64,000 bases of DNA from Paragordius varius (Eukaryota; Animalia; Nematomorpha), in the NCBI GenBank assembly GCA_964247055.1, contig OZ176050.1, positions 2,294,001 through 2,358,000 on the forward strand, given 5' to 3'. The translations under genes and the position numbers were made by a program. The notes beneath the pieces were generated by a model that saw nothing but the letters and a program-made list of their open reading frames with translations, made no database searches and was not told the DNA's origin. Positions 1-12,290 of this stretch are shown here, one piece after another (position 1 is the first letter of the stretch; each line of letters begins with the position of its first letter).

Positions 1-3000
1 CGATCTATTTTTTTACCTCATTACATTCGCGCATGGAGAAATTAGGTCTGGAAGCATATGATCCCGCAACTAGCTTTGATGATTATATAAATAGAATGTT
101 AAAAGTGAAATTAATTCAAGGAGATGACGAAACAAAAAAATGTTATTGGCCTATATCGGTTTATCCCATCTTCCAAAGTTGAAGAAATTTTTTATCCCGT
201 ACTGTTAGAAGAAGTGGCCTGGGATGGGTAGCAGCTGGAAAAAAAGTATTTGTTCTGACATACAATGTGTTTGCAGCCAGGTTCCAGTTTACGCAACTCC
301 GAAGGGAACCCACGGAATCAGTGATGGATTATTTGATTCGGGTAAAGGAATGTGGTGCCCAGTGTAACTTTGGGCAAGATGCAATCCTAGAATCAGAGAT
401 AGGTTTGTTGGAGGATTACAACTCAAGAAATAGATTCGTTCACAAAATTTCCAGATGCAATGTGGGACCATAACGTTGGAGATGGTGGTAAAAATGGCAA
501 TGGCGTACGAAAAACAGTTGTTTGATTGATCAGAATCCCGGCAATATGCAGGTTGTGATGATAAGAAAAAAGTGTGGAAAATGTGGATACGTGCATGCGA
601 TCAACTGGTGTCCCGCTTCAAACAAAGAGTGTTATTGATGCAAAGGACGAGGTCATTTTGGCAGGTGCCGGCGAATTAATATAGTGAATGGTAACAATAA
701 TAATAATGAAGCCCGACAAGCAAGTCTAAATGGCCATTGGGTGAGGATGTTGTAAGATACCGGAGCTCAAATATCATAGATTGGGAAAAGCACGTGGCTG
801 GAGATTGGAAAGAAGATCTTAGCACCCGCGGGTCCTATAGTTGGGTTAAACCATCAAGGTGTAGATGGTAGATGTGAAATGGAACGGTATGGTCAAACAG
901 TTGGAATGTATGGTTACCAGGGAGGATTGGGGTAACATTTTTGGGTTACCGTGGATGAAAAGCTTTTAACGTAGATTTCCAGAGGCTGTAGTTGTTAAAA
1001 ATGAGTTACGTGGATTTAAATAATTTAAGGATAAGTTTTGTGAGATTGGATGTTCCACTGGACCAAAATCAAGTTGTTGCTCAAAAAGGGAGCCCCAAAA
1101 GATTTTCACCCAGGAGGGTACCTATCCAGCTTCAGTCTAAGGTGGAGAGTGAATTAAAGAGGCTTGAAAGTCTGGGTATCAGAGTCCATATACCCCTCGC
1201 AAACACGAATTAACTGGGTAACTCCGTTGGTGATAGTTAAAAAGAATAATAATGTTCGCATATATGGTTATTTTAGGGTTACTGTTAACCCAATTCTGGT
1301 TCTTGTCGATCATTTTATTCCAACGTTCGATCAATTAGTGTTCAAAATGGGGCAAAGAAAAGTTTTTACGACCCTAGATCTAAAAGAAGCTTACTGGCAA
1401 ATGCCGATACACCAAGATTACCAACATTTACTCGCGTTCAGTTCACATATAGGTCTGATTTAATAGACTGCCATTTGGAATATCTAGTGCACCCACGATA
1501 TTTCAACAAATTATGGATGAGTTATTAAAAGATTGTCCAGGTACAACGGTTTACTTAGATGATGTAATTGTTAGTGGAACAACGGTAATGGACCATAAAG
1601 ATAACTTAGAAAAAGTTTTGAACAAATAAGCTACTGTAGGTTTGGAATTAAAAAAGAATAAAATTCAATTAGCTCGTTCCTCAGTGTCATACTTAGGCTA
1701 TATAATTTCAGACAAAGGAATAAACCTGATAACGAAAAAGTTAAAGCGATTTTGAATTGTCCTACACCTACCAATAAAACATCACTTCGGTCTTTTTGGG
1801 AATGTTAAATTTTCACGCTTGTTTTATTCCATCTTTGCATGCTACGATCGCGGATTTACATACGCTCACAGGTGCTAAGAAACGGTGTTGGTCGACAAAA
1901 GAAGAGATGATTTTTGATAAAGCTAAACTGTTGGTAAGTAATGCATTATATCTAACATCGTTTAACCCAAACCTTCCGTTAGTGTTGGAAACAGATGCAT
2001 CGAATGACGGGTTCGGAGCAGTTTTATCACATATGACAAGTGAGGGAAAACGGCCGATAGCTTTTGCGTCTCGAAAATGTGCGAAGGCAGAACAACATTT
2101 CTCGGTAATTGAAAAAGAAGCAAGGGCAATTTTATATGCGCTAGAAAAATTTGAAATGTTTGTGTATGGCAGAAAGTTCATATTATTAACCGATCATAAA
2201 CCCCTGATCAAGTTGTTTGGCTTTAAGAGGGATCTAAGTAATATTAACAATAGTAGATTAGTAAGATGGATACTCAGAACATCCGATTATAATTTTACTA
2301 TACAATATATTAATGGTTCTGAAAATTTAGCGGATTGGTTATCTCGTCTACCGTATGAAGAACCGACTGAGGAAGTTGAGGAGCAATCCAGGCAAATCAA
2401 CTTTCTAACAACTGACAACTTAAGCGTGCGAATGAAAGAAAATATTTTACGGGTTGAGTTTTTGATGACAAGCGGCTCTACATCATAATGATTGGTCAGC
2501 TCCAATTTTAAATTTTTGAGTATAAGAAACGAAATACAAGAATCATATGGTTTGTTGTATTGGGGCGATCGTCTGTTTATTCCCAGGGCGTTGCGAAATG
2601 AAACGTTAAAATTTTTGCATATTGGACATTCGGGGGCTAATGTAATGAAAGAGTCTGCCAAGGCAAGGGTTGGCCAGATCCAAGACATCGAAAGTTATGT
2701 GAGATCTTGTATGGGGTGTCAGTAAAACCGTAGTAACATAAAAAGCAGTCCCACGTACAAATGGAATTTTAATACGGGTATCTGGGAACGGATACATCTT
2801 GATGTTGCCGGTCCTATTGATGGGTTTTATTGGATAGTAGCTATCGATAGTAGCTCTAGATGAAGTCGAATTGCTAAGAATTTAGATTCTGCAAACATAT
2901 TATATTGGTTAGAAATTTGGTGTGTAAGGTACGGGTTTCCTCGAATAATAGTTACCGATAATGCATCATATTTAGCATCGAAGGATTTTGTAGATACCTT

Positions 3001-3884
3001 GCATCGAGCAAACAATGCCACTGGTGCCCCCTATCATCAACGAATAAATGGACTGGTGGAGCGTGTCATTCTTAAAAGCATACTATAAATTGCTAACAGA
3101 TTCTAAGCTGATTCCTAACAAAAAAATAAATCAAGTGTTATGGGGTGATCGCTCCGCCGTACATAGCGCCACAAAAGAGTGCCCGTATAACTTATTTCTG
3201 AAAAGAAATATTAATACCTGCTTCTCTTGGCTTAGGTAAACACCTTTACCACAATTAGAGGACGACATAATACCCAATCAAGTTTGTAGTCCGAACGAAG
3301 AAGTGTACATAAAGAATGAAATCAATTCGGGGTGGAGAAAAGGTTCAATTTTTCAATTTTGGAGAGATCAGGGGTACTCTCGTACACGGTTAAAGATAGA
3401 AGTCGAACCCTTCGCAAGCATGCGGTCAATTACGGCCGACCGGAGTCGAGAACTGTGAAGAGGAGAATGATAATTTAACGATAAACCAAACTGATGAAGA
3501 TTACAACCAATAATCGGGAGGTGGGGGAGGAACAAAGCAAAGAAAACGAAAAAGACACCCAGGTTGAAATAAGAACGGAAAAGACAACTTAGAGAGAACT
3601 TGAAATGAGATATCCTCTTAGGGAAATAAAAGCACCAGATCGGCTTGGATTCGGATAAGGAGATATGATAGATTTGAATACATCAGTTTTAACCTTAGAC
3701 TAGACAAATTTATATATTAGATTTGAATCATTTTTCATGATCTTTTATATTTGAGTTAAACTATTGTATCAATTTTGTATTTAACCATGTAATTTTACCT
3801 TGATTTAACATGTAAATATTATATTCACAAAAAATGTATAAACATCGCTTTATATAGTGTAGTTTTTTCATTTTATCTCAATAA
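1..3884 (+). mobile_element. Degenerate Ty3/Gypsy LTR retrotransposon (gag-PR-RT-RNaseH-IN order), with many stops and frameshifts
   Basis: gag zinc knuckles at ~580-670 (CGKCGYVHAINWCPA..C*CKGRGHFGRC). Protease DTGA at ~757. RT in ORF 1164-1463 (LDLKEAYWQ) and YLDD at ~1551-1562. RNase H in ORF 1796-2488 (LETDAS..GAVL, TDHKPL, ADWLSR). Integrase HHCC (HIGHSG..CMGC) at 2617-2720 and core (IHLDVAGP) at ~2790-3240. Integrase downstream of RNase H defines Ty3/Gypsy. Confidence 0.93.
3666..3884 (+). repeat. Putative 3' LTR of the Gypsy element
   Basis: Purine-rich GGATAAGGAGA precedes TG at 3666. The end (ttttatctcaataa) resembles window positions 10-25 (tttttacctcattaca), which lie just before gag. 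The 5' LTR is mostly outside the window. Confidence 0.4.
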
Positions 3885-5445
3885 TTATAATTGTTTTACG
3901 GTTTCTCGATTTACCACAATAATCCACAACAAAATTTTGCTTGCATGAATAAGAACTATGTTTTTATAGTTCTCGCAATTAAATTTATCTCCCTTTAGGA
4001 TTGGGATAAACAGTAAAGTTTGCCAGTCTTTTGGCATCGACCTCCATACTTCCTGACACAATCTATGTATAACTGATATCGGTATATCTCTTATTAATTC
4101 CAAGGAATATTATCTATTCCAGAGGCTTTCCTTATTGGTATCGATTATAAAGCTTTTACTACCTCTGCTTCTAATATACATAACTCATCATCCCCATTCC
4201 CATATAAATGTCTATAGTTTGCAAGTGGGTGTGCATTATATAGCTGTTTGGTGTAACTTGCTCATCCTTTAACTTCTATTTCCGTCGTCAAGATCCTTTC
4301 ATTGTCCTTAATATTAATGTTTGGAAGTTGGTATTGATTTTTTACTCTTCTGGTTTGGAACAGAGGTTTACTTAAGCCTTTTCTGTAAGCTTCCTCAATA
4401 ATCGTCCATTGTTAATTACAGTGTTCCTCCAGGTCTTCCTTTTCTGTCTCTAGAGTCTTGAATTTTGTTTTTTAACCATATCTCTTTCTCCGCTTTTCTA
4501 GCTCTTCTACTTTCTTCAATTATTTTTATACAGTCATCTGGTAACCCTTTTTTATATGATGTTTTTTTTCTTTGGTAAATATTTGTGCTGTCTCTTGAAT
4601 TATTGTTTTTATATTATTCCATTGGTTTTCTGAGTTATTATCTATCGTAGCTAACAAATCAAATCTATTATTTACTTCTAACTTATATTTTAAGGATTTG
4701 TTCTACGTTGTATTTGTGCTCTTTTTTCTTATTCCGGTATTTTAACATATGCGTTTTAATTGTTGTTATTAATAGATGGTGATCGCTTGAGCAGTCACAA
4801 CTTTTTTTGGTTTTAGCATTTATGAATTTTCCATTTTTGTTGTCCGATAAATCTATTTAATTTTAATTTTCCCATAAGGGGAGGTCCAGATATATAACAG
4901 TCTTTTATGTTGTTTTTACCATGTATTCACAACAAACATTTGATTAATCATACAGAATTCGATCGATCGTTCACCAGATTCGTTCCTTTCGCCTAATCCG
5001 TGTTTTCCCACTATCGTGTCTTACTCTTGTCCAACCTTTCTATTCCAATCACCACCTATTATAATCATATCCTTTTTAGGTACAGAATTTATTAAGTCTT
5101 GGAGCTGTTTGTAAAATGCATCTATCTTTTCTTGTTCAGAGTCCGCTGTAGGGGCAGACACAATGATATATGTTAAATTAACCTGGCTAGCATTAAATCT
5201 GATGCTCATGATTAATTATATGAATTCTACGAATTGGCATATTTATTACATTCTTTATTTAATACACCAACATCCTCCCTCCTTATTTCACCGTGTCCCG
5301 ACATATAAATACAATTTTCTTCGGTATATAAAACACCGTTGCCCTTGTAATGGGTTTTAGTGATTCCCAAAATGTTTAATTGGATTTTTTGCATATCCTT
5401 TTCTTCATTCCAACTCGCGTTCCAGCAGGGGTTCTAACAAAAATA
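3885..5445 (-). mobile_element. RTE-type LINE fragment (AP endonuclease to start of RT), decayed
   Basis: Minus-strand WNARV..NILGI..HYKGNG (~5430-5340). ORF 5209-5021 has APTADSEQEKIDAFY..IIGGDWN (APE motifs). ORF 4103-3885 has MPKDW..FIPILKGDKFNCENYKNIVL..HASKILL (RT N-terminus of RTE/BovB-like LINEs). Confidence 0.85.
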
Positions 5446-7876
5446 TGCAATGAAACGTATAATACTAAATATATATATCTGATAAGCAAAATGTATAATT
5501 AATCGATATAAATAGACTAATGATTTATGATAATGTAGCAATACGATGAGTAAAAACCTAAAAATGACAAATGGCAATCGAGATACCGATTTTCAAAAGT
5601 CACCCAAAATTATGGTACGACATCATATTTTATTGCGCTAACAAAGCAAACGAATTAAATATGGAGAATAAGCATAAAATCTATTTATAAATTTTTGATA
5701 GTCCATAAATAGTTACTACATGACAGAATCATTTAACTGAATTAAGATTGTGATATATTCGGATATAGGGGTTAAAAAAGTAATAAAAGGCATAAAAACA
5801 ATTATTTTGGTTTTAATTGACCAATATATGAAAAGGTACTTGAAATATGGAATTAAAATTCGGATAAAGATAATAGAATTGTTTAACTTTTAACCTGAGT
5901 TGATATTTTCTATTCAACGTAAATTAGTTTAAAGATATGAGTCTCATGCAATAAAAAACCATTTGTGGTGATATAAAAAATTTCTAATCTATTCTATTAT
6001 TTTTTAAACTAAATGTAAAGTAAAAAATAAAAATATTAGGTATGAACAGGGAGATTCTATACAGGTCTTGGCATCCTTACTACCGGGCGGACAAGATGAT
6101 TGTATGATTATATATACATATAAGAATTAAAAACTGACCTTAGAAAGAATATAGATACTTGAAGTAGTTTGTATTTTAATATAAACAAATTTGTGAAGTA
6201 CAAAAAACAGAAAAAACAAAAAAGAAATATATTCGCTAAAAATTTATGCAAAAAAACACAAAAAAAGACGATGTATTTAAAAAATATTCTTCTTAATTTG
6301 AATTGAATTCCTCTGATTTAATTAGGCTAATTAAAGTTAAGTAAAAGAAAATCCAATGCTTCGCGCCACACTTGCGACCGAGCATAAAAAGAAAATTATA
6401 TAACATAATTTTAAATAGTTATTAACGTTTAATCATTTTAATCATAAAACCGTATATCTTTATTAATTTTATAAGATTAATTTAAATATTTATATGATTT
6501 AAACACGTAATTAAAAATATATAAGCTTTCTAGGTTATTACAACATTGAAAATATTCAAAAGTTAATAATTTTATAAAATGGGAAATAAATTAGTTTGAA
6601 ACAAAGTTTTTGAATAATTATTTTTCATGATAAATATATCATAAATAAAGATTAGGTTGGAAATAAAATATAATGCAAAAATTATGGTTAAATTAAAAAG
6701 AATTTAAGGACAAGTGTTCAAGGACACTCTTGAAGTACAAATGGTATTAATATCAAAACAACTAATTAGGTTCTTTAGCAGTTTAATTATAAATCGGTAG
6801 ATTTTTTTCATGTATAAATGGTCTCAAAACCAAATTATATATTTTTGGATGCCACGATAATTGAGGTGTGTTTTTGGAGATTTCGACAGGTCGACCCAAA
6901 CCATAGGCATTATCTGGCGAAAAGCAACAACTAAGTTTCGCCAACCTTTGGTTTTTTCATTCCGAATGCATACAGTTGGCTTGGATCGACAAAATGATGC
7001 GAATCAAAAAATCAATTCAAACTATTATTCCAGCCCAAAATATTGACTGACGAATGATAAGGCGGGTGATGCGTTTATAAAGCATCTATCATCGCCAAGT
7101 CTAGGTTTTCCCTGTTAGTGTTCTAAATGTCCAAATCCTTTTCATTAAGCCAGTGCTCAGCACAAATATAATCGCGGGCCAAATAATCGTCAGGCTGCAT
7201 TCGAAAAATAGATGGGCATTAATAAATTTTAAATTTTAATTCAAATTTTGTAAAAAAGGAAACAAAATATTCGATATTGACTTATCAAGATAATTAATTT
7301 AAAATATAACAATTTTACAGAATTTATGAGCATAAAACGTCCATGTACTTGGTAAGTTTCCAATTAGCGGGCCACATAATATCTTAAAGGAAAGAACCAA
7401 AATTTATTTATTTGTTTTGTTTTAAACTGAATATAAAATTATGCTGAGTCAGAAATATCGTTTATATCCACTTGACACAGTGTTAGAAGGGGCGTTGTAA
7501 TATGATTTACTTTACCGATATATTTATACACTCGAATTTACAGTATAAGTATACATTGCTAGAAAGATATTAATGATTGCTAAATAGCACATGGCTTGTA
7601 GTTTTTTTCTTTTTACATTTATTAGCTAATAATACTGCTCTTTGTTGTATATACTGTGAAATTAAGCAATGTATACTTCATAAGTAATTTTTATAAGTAT
7701 TAGTCTCATTATTTTTATTTTGCATTTATTAATTGGTGCATTGCACATATCTTCAAATTGACAATGTTATATAATCATTAAATTACAATTTTTTATTCAG
7801 TATTATATCAAATTAAGTTATCCCGGGTCTCTTAATTTAGCAGGAATAGCTGAGCGTTCATTAACATATTTTGGTA

Positions 7877-10302
7877 CTAGGTTGTTTTTACACTAAAACA
7901 ATTCCACCATTTTTTCTTTTTATTTTTGTGAGTTGTTGCATTCGGGGTGGGTGAACGACGCGGTAAAACTTGAGCAAATCTTGGGCTATTGTTGTTTGGG
8001 GGTGGTGGTCTTGGGGCAATGTTTGGCGGTTTTGTGAATCCAGTGGATGGAGAACAAGCGGGAATCGTATATCTTGGGTTGTCGTTGTTTGGGGGTGGTG
8101 GTCTTGTTGCAAAGTTTCCAGTGGATGGAGAAAAGGCGGGAATCACATATCTTGGGTTAGTGCTTGGTGGCGGCGGTCTTGGTGCTAGGTTTTGCGGTAG
8201 CGGCATTGGCGGTTTTAATGCTTTAGATGGAGAAAAAGCAGGAGTCTCATGCACACCTTGAGAAAAAGGCGGCCTATTTACTAATAAACCTTGGCGTGGG
8301 GGAAGTGGCGGCGGTTGTTGATCATGCAATTGATTGATATAAATTGGTTCGGATGGATTAGGGGGTCTATTCATCCTTAAACCTGGACCTCGGATTGGTG
8401 GCAGCTGTTGATGATTGTTAGATTGATTTATATAAATTGGTTCTGCGAAACTAGGCGGTCTGTTCATTATTGATCCTTGACGAGGGAGAAGTGGTGGTGG
8501 TTGTTGATCATTCAATTGATTTATATATATCGGTTCGGATGGATTAGGGGGTCTATTCATCCTTAAACCTGGACCTCGGATTGGTGGCAGCTGTTGATGA
8601 TTGTTAGATTGATTTATATAAATTGGTTCTAACGAACTAGGCGGTCTATTCATTATGAAACCTTGACGAGGGAGTAGTGGTGGTGGTTGTTGATCATTCA
8701 ATTGATTCATATATATTGGCTCGGATGGATTAGGGGGTCTATTCATCCTTAAACCTTGACCCCGGAGTGGCGGCTGATGATTGTTAGATTGATTCATATA
8801 AATTGGTTGTGAGGAACTAGGTGTTCTATTCATTATTGATCCTTGACGAGGGGCAAGTGGTGGCGGTTGTTGATCATTGAATTGATTTATGTAAATTGGT
8901 ACGGATGAACCTGGGGATCTATTTTTCCTTAAACCTTGACGGGGTGGAAGTGGTGGTGGCGGTTGATGATGATTGTTAGATTGATTTATATAAATTGGTT
9001 CGGAGGAATCTGTAAAATCACTCAGACTTTCATTCGTTATTGGTTTTGTTATTTTATTATTTTGATATGGGGTTGGAGCGGATAGTTTGCGCTTTGTGAC
9101 AACTTGTGTCGTTTCGTCCTTTGAAGAGTCCTTTTTCTTTTGCCTTTTACTTTCATTCTTGTGTTCTTTTGAATCAGAGGTCTTGGATTGCTTTTGTCCT
9201 TTAAAAGAAGAAATGTTTATTAAGCTTAAGAATTAGTGAAAAATAATACCTTTTATTCATTTTATCATAATTTTTAAAATATTTTGTTTAATGGCATTTC
9301 GAAATTTTATTTTAATAATAAAGCCATATATTTAGATGAAATTATTTATGTGCATGTAAAACCTTTTTTATTCGGTTTCACCACAAGATCAGTTAGAGAT
9401 TCTACTTCAAGGTCTGCATATTTTTTCACTAATTTTTGAACTATATTTTTTTCAAATTGGCGTTCTCTATACCGTTCATTTTTATACATCACATATATGG
9501 ACTCCAAGTTTTGCGAAACTTGTTGCGAATATTCCTCTAACTGTTTGCAAATTTCGGCTTCTTGGCGTAAAATCTCCTCACAATGAAGGGACGTCAACTT
9601 TTTATTTTTCTGTTGTATAGTTATGGCTGTTCCTTGTAATATACAGGGGCCAGGCTTTGTCTTTTGCCAAAGCTCAAACGGCTTAGGTCGGTATATATAA
9701 AAACTGTCATTTGGTCCATACATTTGTGGCGGTTTGTCTTTCTTTTCTCCCCTAACTGATTGATTATTTTCCGTTTCATTTTCGTGTGGATCTTTATTTG
9801 GTAAATTTTTTGTAGACTTATTATTGCGACGTTGTACACAATTGTCTAATAATATGCTAATTAATGTTTGTATGGCAAAATAGGCTATTATCTCTTGCCA
9901 TTTCCTGATTTCAGCAGTATTGTAAAAATTATTTTTACTTGTATCGTCAATTGCGGTTTTATCAGTATTTGGTGATTGTGTATTGTTATAATTAATAATA
10001 GCATCATTTTGCGAATTATTTTCTGTATCTTCATAGGAGATGATATCCTGTTCATCTGCTTCAGCTTTAAAATCACCAAGCTCTGTGTCAGAGCTGGTGT
10101 TTTCATTTGTAATAGGAGAAAATTCATTGTGAGGTGTACTAATTGCGTTTTGGGGTGAATTAGTTGTGTTAACCTGTAAAGGTGATGGAGAATGTGGGTG
10201 TAAATTGGAAGTTGCATTTGGATCTTCGTCCATGAATGGTACCAAACAGGTATTGCATTGGTTAAACGGTTTTTGACAAGTTCGGCATATTTTAAAACTC
10301 AT
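7877..10302 (-). CDS. Two-exon orphan protein (~753 aa): N-terminal CxxC-x6-CxxC, disordered region, probable coiled coil, 8 tandem PIY[I/M]NQ motifs with Pro-rich spacers, polybasic-Trp-Cys tail
   Basis: Exon 1 is 10302-9363 (ends AAA AAA G|GT, phase 1). The intron is 9362-9199 (164 nt, ..ttttaaAG). Exon 2 is 9198-7877, open to TAG in matching phase. This joins the two 318-aa ORFs plus the open stretch 9198-8834. Confidence 0.8.
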
Positions 10303-12009
10303 TATTAATCGATGTCGGGGTGTATTATTTATTGAAATATTAAAAACACAACATTAAATTGAAAGATATTTTTATATAAGATAATTTGATTGTTAATATC
10401 AATTTTAAACATGACGTATTAAACCATCAATAAAACCTCAATTTATTGTGTAAAAAAACAATAAATTAATAAACATATATATATATATCCTTTTTTAACC
10501 AAAGTTTCTAAATTGGTCGCGTTTTTTGTCCTATATTTGGAATATAAAAAAAATAATATGAGTAAATATATTGCATTAAATTAAATTTCATTAAATAATT
10601 AATATAATAAAATCCCGCTATCCATACAAAAGTCGTCAGGGCTATAATCTTTCCTACCAAGCTATCTGCCATCAACTTTTTTATGAAAAAAGTGTTGCAT
10701 TGTTATTTTTAGGTATATGTGTCAAATTCTTTTTATCTCTACACAAAAAAAGGAATAAAATGTTTAATATGCCTAGGGTTGTGCCCGTTAGTCTATGACC
10801 TAAGTCATTTTTTTTATTTTTTTATTTTATTAATTTTCGTTTTAGGAAAACAAAACCTTTATTATTTAAATATGTATTATTTTGATTTAAATATCATATG
10901 ATATACATTTTTTCTTACTTCCTCATAATGAATCAGCCTTGTGGAAATTTATAGAAAATCAAGTTACAAGCTAGAAATGCAATTGCACTATATATTTAAA
11001 TAAAAACCGAACGAAGAAACATATAAAGAAGTTTATAAAATAAATTATGACAGAAGATAAAGCAAACTAATATTTAATTTCTTAGGTTTAGTTTTATTTT
11101 CTGTTTTCAAGAAGAAAATAGCCAGAAACATTTAGCAAAATTTATTTTACATCCTCTAATTTTAACTTAGAAAAGGAACATTTCCGGATTTCATTAATAG
11201 TTTGAAATAATTATTTGAGCATAAATAGGTTCCAATAAATTCCTATTGTTAGTCTTATCTCTCTGTGATTTAAAACTTTCTATAGTCTTTATGTATGATT
11301 GCAGGTAAGATATTAATTGTAGAAATTTAAATTATCAGTATTGGTGAAAGTATACTTTTAAAAAATATACTTTATGTAAAATCTTTTTTATGTAATTTAA
11401 TCAAATTATGTATGTAGTTATTTTATTGGCAATAACATATGGGACCCCTTTTTTGAAAAAGAGGGTCAAAATAACAACCCTAAATATGCCAATTACTATA
11501 TCACTCATGTTGATATTTTTAACATATTGCCAATCCGTTGTCCGTTAACACTAATTTATATTCCTTGAAAACAATATGCATCTCTAGGTTTAGTCAAATT
11601 ATACATGCTTAAACCCTTAAATAATATGGTTATAGGTAGGTAAAGTGTTTTCGATTTAAAGCTTATTCGTAGTCAAATGTGCGCCAATTTGCTCTTGTAA
11701 AGGGATATAAAATTTTGTAATTATAATTTGTGTAATTAAATATATTTTAATAAATTTTAAAATCATTACAGTGTCCATAATTACAAGGTTCCCCTTTTAA
11801 ACTAATATGTCTGGTAAGCGTTGATTTTTCAATTTGATTGTGTAAATGGTTATTTGAATATATTCGTGCTCTAAATGGGTTTGCATTAAAGGTGATACGG
11901 ACACCAATATTATTAATTTAATAATATTAACATTTTTATGTAATGAGATGAATTTTAGATTTTTGGAAATATCAAAATATGCCCATAACTTGTTGATAAC
12001 CCATGACAT

Positions 12010-12290
12010 ATGGATATACAAATAAGCCGGTGCAATTTAGATTCGATCTGGCACATGCACATCCTGTTGGAATTTATTGATTTTAAAAACTACTCAGATT
12101 TAGACGCAATCTCTAAAGAGCATCGCAAAGAAGAAAAATATAATGAGTTTTGGCAAGATGTGCGAAACAAATATGAAAACATAAAAAAATGTGCCCAGGT
12201 TATCTTCACCGTTTTCCCTTCAACTTACATATGCTAGGCGGCATATTTAAAAATTAAATATGTCACACTTATAATCGCCTCACAGAGGTC
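12010..12290 (+). mobile_element. hAT transposase C-terminal dimerisation-domain relic (Charlie/Buster-like)
   Basis: EFWQDVRNKYENIKKCAQVIFTVFPSTYIC* resembles the hAT FW...YP.L...A...L..F.STY.CE motif. A stop replaces the Glu. Confidence 0.7.

Noticed and set aside
6860-7200. Polinton/Maverick DNA polymerase B relic (minus-strand FVDPSQLYAFGM resembling D..SLY..AM)
   Set aside because: A single weak motif among multiple stops, with no other Polinton genes or TIRs. A tBLASTn/HMM search would be needed.
7888-8261. Overlapping ORFs 7970-8188, 7989-8261 (Gly-rich) and 7888-8112
   Set aside because: Antisense or alternative-frame shadows of the Pro-rich repeat exon.
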